Part shown: positions 36,464 through 44,967 of the stretch, piece by piece
Layout: every line of letters begins with the position of its first letter
How positions within the stretch are numbered: the stretch's first letter is position 1
Assembly: GCA_951812955.1 (NCBI GenBank)
Contig: OX638340.1
Span: 2,272,001 to 2,336,000 of the forward strand
DNA: 64,000 nucleotides
Reading direction: 5' to 3'
Source of the DNA: an uncultured Gemmatimonadota bacterium
GTDB taxonomy: Bacteria; JAAXHH01
Made by a program: the position numbers and the translations under genes
The notes under the pieces: generated by a model
The model's input: the letters and a program-made list of their open reading frames with translations, nothing else
What the model was told of the DNA's origin: nothing
Database searches by the model: none

Positions 36464-37057
36464 TCATGCACGCAGGCCCTTCATACTCTCCCGGGCCGCT
36501 TCGAGGGTCCGGTCGATGTCTTCTTCGGTATGGGCCAGGGACACAAACCCCGTTTCAAGGCGCGAAGGCGCCAGGTAGACGCCCCGGTCCAGCATATTCC
36601 AGAAGTATCGCCCGTACGTATCCGCGTCTGACGTGGAAGCTGCATCGAAATTGTTGACGGTCTGATCTGTGAAGAAGGTACACATCATGGAGCCCACACG
36701 GGTCAGGCAGGCCGGGACGCCGGCCGCTTCCGCCGCGGCGCGAAGGCCGTCGCCGAGGCGGGCGGCCAGGGATTCCAGCCGGTCGTAGACCCCGGGTTCC
36801 TGAAGCTGCCGCACCGTTTCATATCCAGCGGTCATGGCAAGCGGATTGCCGGACAGCGTGCCGGCCTGGTAAACCTCACCGGCGGGCGCCACGGTTTCCA
36901 TGAACTTTTCCTGGTCGAATAGCGCACGTCCCGCTTCCAGGGGAGTCCGCTGGCCGGTTTCAGCGACTGTATCATCTGCGGTGGATTGGGCCTGGAGGCG
37001 ACCCTGCATGAGAAAAACGAGCAGGACCGCTACCAGAAGTACAGGGTATCTGGTCAT
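36464..37057 (-). CDS. chimeric ORF at the duplication junction: signal peptide/first 52 codons of the TPR-GWxTD gene fused in frame to the last 145 codons of hemL (probably non-functional)
   Basis: MTRYPVLLVAVLLVFLMQGRLQAQSTADDTVAETGQRTPLEAGRALFDQEKF | METVAPAGEVYQAGTLSGNPLAMTAGY...KGLRA. The second part is base-identical to 41855-42294 (hemL 3' end). The first part is ~95% identical to 31971-32125. Confidence 0.8.
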   Translation of the reverse strand: MTRYPVLLVAVLLVFLMQGRLQAQSTADDTVAETGQRTPLEAGRALFDQEKFMETVAPAGEVYQAGTLSGNPLAMTAGYETVRQLQEPGVYDRLESLAARLGDGLRAAAEAAGVPACLTRVGSMMCTFFTDQTVNNFDAASTSDADTYGRYFWNMLDRGVYLAPSRLETGFVSLAHTEEDIDRTLEAARESMKGLRA

Positions 37058-37169
37058 GGCAAACCAACTCGTAGGGGGAAATGACGGAAAGAAATGGAAC
37101 CTGCTTTAACATATGCAGGTAATGCCTGCAACCTACCCTTATTCGCGGCCTCAGTCAAACAAATGCGGC

Positions 37170-39541
37170 CTACTCGCTCCGCAGGGTGTCCGCCGGGTTG
37201 AGCATAGCGCTTCGGAAAGTATGCACGCTCACGGTGAGCAGGGCGGTGGCCAGGACAACTAGTCCCGCCGCGACGAAAGGCGCAGCACCGATCTCCGTCC
37301 GGTAGGCGAAGTCCGCCAGCCACTCGTTCATGAGCCACCAGGCGGCCGGCCAGGCCAGGACGTTGCCGATCACCACGAGGACGACGAACTGCCTCGACAG
37401 CAGGCCGACTATATCTGAGACCGCGGCGCCCATCACCTTGCGGATGCCGACTTCCCGCGTGCGGCGCGCGATGTCCAGCGACACGAGTCCATATACGCCG
37501 AGGCAGGCGATCAGCAGGGCGAATACCGCGGAATAGGTGAAAATCAGCGCCAGGTTGTTCTCATCCTGGTAGAACCGTTCTATATCGTCTTCCATGAAGA
37601 AATACTCGTAGGGCGTCTCAGGCGCTGTCCCCTTCCACGCGTCCTCGAGCAGGGAAAGCGTGGTTGGCAGATCCCTGCCGCTGACCCGGACCAGGAGGAA
37701 GCCGTAACTGACCGAAGTGTTACCCATGGATGTGGGATTGAGGGAGAGTATAATCGGATCGATCTCCTGGTGCAGCGACTGGAAATGGAAGTCCTTGACT
37801 ACGCCGATTACCGTATACCCATGGGGCAGTTTGCGCCCGATCGGATCTTCCCATTCCAGCTTCTTTGCCGCGGCCTCGTTGATGATGCACGATTGGAACT
37901 CGTCGTTTACGAATTCGCTGGAAAAATCACGGCCACGGACGAGGTTCAGTTCAAGCGTCTCCAGGTAATCGCGGTCCACGGTCGCCATGAACGCTTCCAG
38001 CTTGTTTCCGTCCGGTCGGTGTAGGCAACCTGGGGCAAGAAATGCCCCTGACCAAAGGTGCTGGAAGTGCCGGAAACCAGGAGTATGTCTTCGTACGGTA
38101 TCACTTTGCTGCGAAAGATCTCCAGGTCGTTTGAATTGAAGGGGGCCTGGATGACTACCACGTTGTGCGGGTTGAACCCCAAATCCCCCGTCCGCACAAA
38201 GTCCAGCTGCCGGGTCATGATGAGAATTGAAATGACGAGCAACGCGGACAACCCGAACTGCACGACCATCAAGCCGCGCACGAAGAGATTCGGCCCTCCG
38301 ATCTGAACCTGTTGCCGGAAGATGGTGACGGGGTTGTAGTGTGAGAGCACCAGGGAAGGATAACTGCCGGAAACCAGGGCGACCAGCACGGTCAAACCCG
38401 TCAGCGCGGCCAGCGTGGATCCGTTCGTCAGGTAGTCCAGCACGAGGGACTTTCCCGCCAGCATATTGAAAACCGGAAGGAACAGGTGGGCCAGGGCCAC
38501 GCTCAGCACCAGGGCGAAGCAGCACAGCGCCGCGGTTTCGCCCAAGTGCTGTCCCATGATCTGGGTTCGGCGCGCGCCGTAAACTTTCCTGACACCGACC
38601 TCTTTCACACGCGAAGACGAACGGCAGACGGCCAGGTTCATGAAGTTGACGCAGGCGATGAATAGTACGAGCAGCGCCGTGCAAATCAGGATGTAGGACC
38701 GGTTGGGATCGCTGGTGGGACCCAGCCCGAATTTGACTTCCTGATCCAGGTAGATATCGGTGATGGGTTGCAGGATCAGATAGGGCGACGAGTAGGCCGG
38801 GAAATGGGTTTCGACGAATTCCGGCAGTTGACTGAGGAGCGATTCTACTCGATCCGGATCCCCGAGTTCGATGAAAGTGGCCGTGGACGAATAGTTCCAC
38901 TTTCCGATGGCATTCGATATCCAGGGGTTTATTTCCGGCGCCTTGTCAAAGGGTATGAGCAGGTCGAACCGAATACTGGAGTTATCCGGTCCGTTCTCCG
39001 CGACGCCGGTTACGGTCAGCGGAATGCCCTGTACCAGGAGCGTCCTGCCCGTCGGAGACTCCTGGCCGAAGTACTTCGCCGCGGCGGATTTGCTGACGAC
39101 CACTGAATTCGCCTCGCCGAGGGCCGTACCGGGATCGCCTTCGATCATCGTGAAGGAGAACATCTCGAAGAAGGACGGATCGCAGAAAAGGGCGTTCTCC
39201 TTGCGGAACGTATCTTCTCCGATGCGAATATCGGATGGATATTCCGTTATGCGCACGGTCCGGACCACGTCGGGATATTGCTGCTCCAGGGTAGCCGCGA
39301 GCGGGAGGGGAGTTCTCGCGCTTATGAACGGGTTGTCGTCGAAATCCACTCCACCGGCTGCGACCTGGTAGATCCGGTCCGATTTCTCGTGGAAGGCGTC
39401 GTAGGTCCACTCGTGGCGGACGAAGAGAAAGATCAGGAGGCAGCACGCGATACCGGTCGACAGGCCAAAAGTATTGATGAAGAAATAACCCTTGTTGGCG
39501 AACAGGTACCGCAACGCGATGACGAGGTTGTTTTTCACCAT
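37170..39541 (-). pseudogene. orphan FtsX/MacB-type ABC permease (copy B) with a 1-nt frameshift near 38010-38020
   Basis: The N-terminal 508 codons are read in ORF 37946-39541 (...VAYTDR then nonsense). The C-terminal ~280 codons (PDGNKLEAFMATVDRDY...TLRSE*) are in the frame of ORF 37170-38900. Copy A reads AYTDKDGNKLEAY across this point. Observed tacaccgaccggacggaaac appears to lack one base. Confidence 0.7.
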
Positions 39542-39617
39542 GATCGTATTGCCTCCTGTCGCTTACGCATGCAAGCAGGAAAACGCACCTGGGGAAAGAC
39601 GATCCTGCAATGGCAAA

Positions 39618-39648
39618 GGGGATCTACGGTTTCGACCCGTCGATCCCC
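39618..39648 (-). other. conserved hairpin in the Big_2-permease spacer (copy B)
   Basis: Sequence identical to 34688-34718. Confidence 0.4.
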
Positions 39649-39708
39649 TTAAAGGTTGCATGTTGGTAACTATTGCGATTGGGAACTTACGTTGTGCATT
39701 CCTGACTG

Positions 39709-41772
39709 TCAGGGGATGACAAACGTATTCTCACTACGGCGAAAACTCCTATCATCGTCAAGCGAAATATCACCAACCAGTCTATACTCACCGGCGACTT
39801 CCGGATTGTATGGGCAAGCGTCGAATTCCACCCGTGTGTCCTCGATGTCTTCCCATGTACTGCCCATATCGTCGCTTCGCTGCCATACGGAGTAATGGAC
39901 CGTAATGGTGACACCTAACGGAGTTGGGCGGTTGTTTAGTTCTCCACCTAAGAGTGAACTTGCGCAGTTTACTATAGGTATTGTAGCAAGTCCTGGGACC
40001 GTAAAAACCAACCGACCGGGCTCGACCCGCACACCTTCCCACGGGACGTAGGTGACTTCATCCACCGTAATGGTCACCGTGATGCTCACCATGGCCGACA
40101 CGTCGCCGGACGCGGCCGTAACTTCGGTCATGCCGTTGCCCACAGCTTCTACCAACCCATCCTCGTCCACGGTGACCACGTTCTCGTCACCGCTCGTCCA
40201 CGTGACGGCCGGTTCGGCAATGGCATTGTCGTTCCCGTCGCTGACGGAAACCATGAGTTGCAGGGTCTGTTCGATCTCGGTCAGCGTGGTGGCATCGGGT
40301 GCGACCTCGATGCTGATGCCGGCCGGAACCTGGGCGACGGTGATCGACGCAGTCCCCATAGCGCCTCCGGCCTGGGCCGTGATCTCCGCCATGCCGTTGT
40401 CCACCGCGGTGACCACGCCGTTCTCGTCCACGGTGGCCACGGCGTCGTCGCCGCTCGACCAGGTCACCATCACGTCCTCCATCGCGTTTTCGTGCTGGTC
40501 CAGTACGACGGCCGCGAGTTCCACGGTGTCGCCGATCGCTCCCAGCGTGTGCGCGGCTGGCTCGATCGTGATGCTCGTTGCCACGGGCTCGGATATCACC
40601 ATGACCGTGATACTCACCATGGCCGATACGTCGCCGGATGCGGCCGTAACTGCGGCCATGCCGTTCCCCACCGCTTCTACCAAACCATCCTCGTCCACGG
40701 TGGCCACGTTTTCGTCACCGCTCGTCCACGTGACGGCCGGTTCGGCAATGGCATTGTCGTTCCCGTCGCTGACGGAAACCATGAGTTGCAGGGTCTGTTC
40801 GATCTCGGTCAGCGTGGTGGCATCGGGTGCGACCTCGATGCTGATGCCGGCCGGAACCTGGGCGACGGTGATCGACGCAGTCCCCATAGCGTCTCCGGCC
40901 TGTGCCGTGATCTCCGCCATGCCGTTGTCCACCGCGGTCACAAGCCCGTTCTCGTCCACGGTGGCCACGGCGTCATCGGCGCTTGACCAGGTCACCATCA
41001 CGTCCTCCATCGCGTTTTCGTGCTGGTCCAGCACGACGGCCGCGAGTTCCACGGTGTCGCCGATCGCTTCCAGCGTGTGCGCAGCGGGCTCGATCGTCAG
41101 GCTCGTCGGCACGGATACGGATACCGTGATGGACGCACTGGCGGACAGGCTGCCGGATGTGGCCGTGATCTCAGCCATCCCGTTACTCACCGCCGTTACA
41201 AGGCCCGCCCCGCTCACGGTCGCCACGGCGTCGTCGCCGCTCGACCAGGTGATGGACTGGCCGGACATGATGTTGTTCCGCTGATCCCGCACCGTAGCCG
41301 ACAACTGTACCGTTTCCCCGATCGCCTTCAGCGTATGGGACGTCGGTGCGACCGTGATCCGGGTCGGCACCGGCTCGGCCACCGTGATGTTCGCAGTGCC
41401 CGTCGCGTTGCCGGACTGCGCCCTTATTTGCGCGGCGCCGTTGGCCACGGCCGTCACCAGGCCATTTCCGCTGACAGTCGCCACCGCGGTATTGCTGCTC
41501 GACCAAGTCACCGCCTGGCCGGTCATCGGATTGTTGTTCTGGTCCCTCACCATGGCCATCAGTTGCACGGTCGCGCCAATCGTCGCCAGCGTGTGCGAAG
41601 ACGGCGTGACAGAAATGCTCGTCGCAACGGGCGCAGGCGGTGGAGCAGGCGGGGTCGGTGTGGACGGCTCGGGACTCGTCGGGCTGCTGTCCCCGCCACC
41701 GCATCCCGCCAGAAAAACCAGGTACAAGGATGCCGTGATCTTGGCGAACACGCGACTGTATGGACCAAACAC
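39709..41772 (-). CDS. lipoprotein with six Big_2 domains and a Cys-containing C-terminal domain (copy B)
   Basis: 687 aa. The first ~355 aa are identical to copy A. Contains an extra 176-aa (528-bp) two-domain unit (d3-d4 repeated as d5-d6, ~95% aa identity). The C-terminal domain is related to, but diverged from, copy A. Confidence 0.85.
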   Translation of the reverse strand: MFGPYSRVFAKITASLYLVFLAGCGGGDSSPTSPEPSTPTPPAPPPAPVATSISVTPSSHTLATIGATVQLMAMVRDQNNNPMTGQAVTWSSSNTAVATVSGNGLVTAVANGAAQIRAQSGNATGTANITVAEPVPTRITVAPTSHTLKAIGETVQLSATVRDQRNNIMSGQSITWSSGDDAVATVSGAGLVTAVSNGMAEITATSGSLSASASITVSVSVPTSLTIEPAAHTLEAIGDTVELAAVVLDQHENAMEDVMVTWSSADDAVATVDENGLVTAVDNGMAEITAQAGDAMGTASITVAQVPAGISIEVAPDATTLTEIEQTLQLMVSVSDGNDNAIAEPAVTWTSGDENVATVDEDGLVEAVGNGMAAVTAASGDVSAMVSITVMVISEPVATSITIEPAAHTLGAIGDTVELAAVVLDQHENAMEDVMVTWSSGDDAVATVDENGVVTAVDNGMAEITAQAGGAMGTASITVAQVPAGISIEVAPDATTLTEIEQTLQLMVSVSDGNDNAIAEPAVTWTSGDENVVTVDEDGLVEAVGNGMTEVTAASGDVSAMVSITVTITVDEVTYVPWEGVRVEPGRLVFTVPGLATIPIVNCASSLLGGELNNRPTPLGVTITVHYSVWQRSDDMGSTWEDIEDTRVEFDACPYNPEVAGEYRLVGDISLDDDRSFRRSENTFVIP

Positions 41773-41854
41773 TGCTGTCTCCTTTCGGCTAATTACTGAA
41801 AAGCGGTTCGTTGTAATCTACCGTTCTTGATCTCGATGAACAGATTATCTGACT

Positions 41855-43144
41855 TCATGCACGCAGGCCCTTCATACTCTCCCGGGCCGCTTCGAGGGTC
41901 CGGTCGATGTCTTCTTCGGTATGGGCCAGGGACACAAACCCCGTTTCAAGGCGCGAAGGCGCCAGGTAGACGCCCCGGTCCAGCATATTCCAGAAGTATC
42001 GCCCGTACGTATCCGCGTCTGACGTGGAAGCTGCATCGAAATTGTTGACGGTCTGATCTGTGAAGAAGGTACACATCATGGAGCCCACACGGGTCAGGCA
42101 GGCCGGGACGCCGGCCGCTTCCGCCGCGGCGCGAAGGCCGTCGCCGAGGCGGGCGGCCAGGGATTCCAGCCGGTCGTAGACCCCGGGTTCCTGAAGCTGC
42201 CGCACCGTTTCATATCCAGCGGTCATGGCAAGCGGATTGCCGGACAGCGTGCCGGCCTGGTAAACCTCACCGGCGGGCGCCACGGTTTCCATGATTTCCC
42301 TGCGACCGCCATAGGCCCCCACGGGAAGTCCTCCCCCGATGATCTTGCCCAGGCAGGTCATGTCGGCCGAGATGCCGAATCGTTCCTGCGCTCCGCCGAA
42401 TGCGATCCTGAATCCCGTGATGACCTCGTCAAAAATCAGAATGATCCCCCGCTTCTCCGTCTCTTCCCGAATGGTTTCGAGAAAGCCTTCGGCCGGAGGG
42501 ATCATGCCCATGTTGCCGGCGACCGGCTCTACGATCACGCAGGCGACGTCGCCGCCCCGCTCCGCCAGGGTGCGCCGGACGGCCTCGACGTCGTTGTAGG
42601 GTAGATTGATGGTCATCTTCGCCAGGTCCGCAGGCACGCCGGGACTGTCGGGGATGCCGAATGTCGCGGCGCCGGAACCGGCCTGGATGAGAAAGCTGTC
42701 TCCGTGGCCGTGGTATCCCGCCTCGAATTTGACCGCCAGGTCGCGCCCCGTGTATCCGCGGGCGACGCGCAGGGCGCTCATGGTCGCTTCCGTGCCGGAG
42801 TTGACCATGCGTATCAGGTCGATGGACGGGAAGGCGGTCCTGACCAGTTCCGCCAGCCTGATCTCGGCTTCGGTGGGCGTGCCGAAACTCGTACCCCGTT
42901 CACAGGCCTTCTTCAGGGCCTCGACCACGGCGGGATGGCCGTGGCCCAGGATCAGCGGTCCCCAGGATCCCAGGTAATCGATGTACTCGTTGCCGTCCAC
43001 GTCGTAGACCCTGGAACCCGCGCCCCGGTCCATGAAGACGGGGCTTCCTCCAACCCGCCCGAAATTCCGCACGGGGCTGTTCACCCCGCCGGGCATGGAT
43101 CGCTGGGCCTGGTCGAAGAGGGTACTGGATCGGGAACGGTTCAT
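41855..43144 (-). CDS. hemL: glutamate-1-semialdehyde 2,1-aminomutase
   Basis: 429 aa: ...MPGGVNSPVRNF..., ...SGTEATMSALRVARGYTGR..., ...LGKIIGGGLPVGAYGGRREIME.... Confidence 0.95.
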   Translation of the reverse strand: MNRSRSSTLFDQAQRSMPGGVNSPVRNFGRVGGSPVFMDRGAGSRVYDVDGNEYIDYLGSWGPLILGHGHPAVVEALKKACERGTSFGTPTEAEIRLAELVRTAFPSIDLIRMVNSGTEATMSALRVARGYTGRDLAVKFEAGYHGHGDSFLIQAGSGAATFGIPDSPGVPADLAKMTINLPYNDVEAVRRTLAERGGDVACVIVEPVAGNMGMIPPAEGFLETIREETEKRGIILIFDEVITGFRIAFGGAQERFGISADMTCLGKIIGGGLPVGAYGGRREIMETVAPAGEVYQAGTLSGNPLAMTAGYETVRQLQEPGVYDRLESLAARLGDGLRAAAEAAGVPACLTRVGSMMCTFFTDQTVNNFDAASTSDADTYGRYFWNMLDRGVYLAPSRLETGFVSLAHTEEDIDRTLEAARESMKGLRA

Positions 43145-43159
43145 ACGATTTATTCCATT

Positions 43160-44128
43160 TCAGAGTCTTCGGGCGACATCCATCGCGAAATAAGTGAGGA
43201 TCATGTCGGCGCCGGCGCGTTTTATGGCGGTCAGCGACTCCAGGACGATCCGTTCTTCGTCGATCCAGCCTTTCTGTCCTGCCGCCTTGATCATGGCGTA
43301 TTCCCCGCTCACGTTGTAGGCGGCCACCGGCACTTCAAAGGCCGATTTGACTCGTTGTATCACGTCGAGATAGGCCAGGGCCGGCTTGACCATGACGATA
43401 TCGGCGCCTTCCTCAAGGTCGAGTTCTACTTCCCGCAGCGCTTCGGTGGCGTTCGCCGGGTCCATCTGGTAGGAACGGCGGTCGCCGAATTGCGGGACCG
43501 AGTCCGCGGCGTCGCGAAAGGGCCCGTAATACGCCGAAGCGTACTTGGCGGAATAGGCCAGGATCGGGACATGCCCGAGGTGTTCGCCGTCCAGACCCTC
43601 CCGGATCGCACGCACGCGGCCGTCCATCATGTCCGACGGCGCAACCAGGTCCGCGCCGGCGCGGGCCTGCGAGAGCGCGGTCCTGACGAGCAGGCGAAGC
43701 GTGGCATCGTTCTCCACGTCGCCGTCCCGGATCACGCCGCAGTGCCCGTGATCGGTGTACTCGCAGAGGCATACGTCGCCGATGACGGTCAGTTCCGGTA
43801 CCGCTTGCTTGATCGCGCCAATGGCCCGTTGCACGATGCCGTCGTCCGCATAGGCTCCGGAACCGTAGGCGTCCTTGCTCTCCGGGATGCCGAAGAGCAT
43901 GACGGCCGGGATACCCAGGTCCACGACTTCACGGCAGGCCTCCACGGCCTGGTCAACCGACTGCCGGTCCACGCCGGGCATCGAATCTACCGGGGAACGT
44001 ACGCCTTCGCCCGGGCAGATGAACATGGGATAGACCAGGTCGTCCACGGAGAGCCGGGTCTCGCCGATCATGGCGCGCAGGCTTCCGGTCCGCCGCAGGC
44101 GCCGTAGCCGATGTACGGGAAATGCCAT
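43160..44128 (-). CDS. hemB: porphobilinogen synthase (delta-aminolevulinate dehydratase)
   Basis: 322 aa: [36 protein letters not shown]..., ...[11 protein letters not shown]..., ...YQMDPAN..., ...MVKPAL.YLD.... Confidence 0.95.
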   Translation of the reverse strand: MAFPVHRLRRLRRTGSLRAMIGETRLSVDDLVYPMFICPGEGVRSPVDSMPGVDRQSVDQAVEACREVVDLGIPAVMLFGIPESKDAYGSGAYADDGIVQRAIGAIKQAVPELTVIGDVCLCEYTDHGHCGVIRDGDVENDATLRLLVRTALSQARAGADLVAPSDMMDGRVRAIREGLDGEHLGHVPILAYSAKYASAYYGPFRDAADSVPQFGDRRSYQMDPANATEALREVELDLEEGADIVMVKPALAYLDVIQRVKSAFEVPVAAYNVSGEYAMIKAAGQKGWIDEERIVLESLTAIKRAGADMILTYFAMDVARRL

Positions 44129-44154
44129 GAGTTATCCTGCCCGCCGCCGGGACA

Positions 44155-44772
44155 TCAGTACCCCCCGCAGTTGGCGCAACCGCCGCTGTCAAATCCGTTC
44201 AAAGCACTGCAGCGTTCACACTGGAACAGGAGATGCCCGGCGTCTATGGACCGTGACGCCATCAAATTCAGCGCCGTCGCCCGGAGTTTCGAGGGCACGA
44301 TGATCCTCGCCGACTCGTCCGAACATGGACCGGTAAGCAGGCCGGAGTCCTGCTTGGTCGAGAACACCCGGCTGTCCACACCCTGCTGTGCGAGGAAACG
44401 CTGGTAGCTCAGCGCTTCACGGTCTTCGGCCCGATAGAGGATTTCCTCCTTCGGAAACTCTTCTACCAATCCATGTCTTTCACAGAAATACCGGCCATGA
44501 CGGCGTATCCCGCAGTCCTCGCACACGTGCCGTCCGCAGACGACGCACAGGCCGTGCGCAGGTCCGGCCGGATGGTTCAGGCATCGAAGATCGTCGATGA
44601 ATACTGTGCCGCAGACCGGGCAGGACCCCAGGTCGCCCGGGATCTCCTCCTTGCACTCGTCGCAAACCCACGTCGACACCTCATTCAGGGCGTTAACCAG
44701 GGTGGACGCGCAGATAGGGCATTTTTCCTCGCCGCGGGCGTATTCACATTCGCATTCCGGGCAGAAAGGCAT
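44155..44772 (-). CDS. multi-zinc-ribbon protein with DUF2007-like middle domain, embedded in the hem operon
   Basis: 205 aa. CPEC-x11-CPIC; CDEC-x11-CPVC; a B-box-like C/H cluster (CLNH...CVVCGRHVCEDCG...H...CERH); then ...LYRAEDREALSYQRFLAQQGVDSRVFS...ARIIVPSKLRATALNLM; and a final CERC-x10-CANC. Confidence 0.6.
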   Translation of the reverse strand: MPFCPECECEYARGEEKCPICASTLVNALNEVSTWVCDECKEEIPGDLGSCPVCGTVFIDDLRCLNHPAGPAHGLCVVCGRHVCEDCGIRRHGRYFCERHGLVEEFPKEEILYRAEDREALSYQRFLAQQGVDSRVFSTKQDSGLLTGPCSDESARIIVPSKLRATALNLMASRSIDAGHLLFQCERCSALNGFDSGGCANCGGY

Positions 44773-44967
44773 AGAAGTCCGCTCATATCAACAGGATGGT
44801 GCCATGACGGGCGCGGTGAAGCCACTGGCCCGATGCCGGAAAGTATACGAACCCGATGCCGGATAGTTTACTGGTCCAAAGTCGGCCGCGCGTCGTATTT
44901 CACACGGATATGTCCCTTATTCACGGACCCGACAAATATACACCGGGCCGCAAAGTCATGGCAATCG

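Larger units (their letters stand above)
31971..42294. repeat. head-to-tail segmental duplication (units 31971-36903 and 36904-42294)
   Basis: Offsets 5391 (left part) and 4932 (right part). The junction read at 36891-36910 has a shared GA at 36902-36903. Several six-frame ORF pairs have identical translations (35629-36408=41020-41799; 35963-36439=41354-41830; 36436-36657=41827-42048; 32398-32604=37330-37536). Confidence 0.85.
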
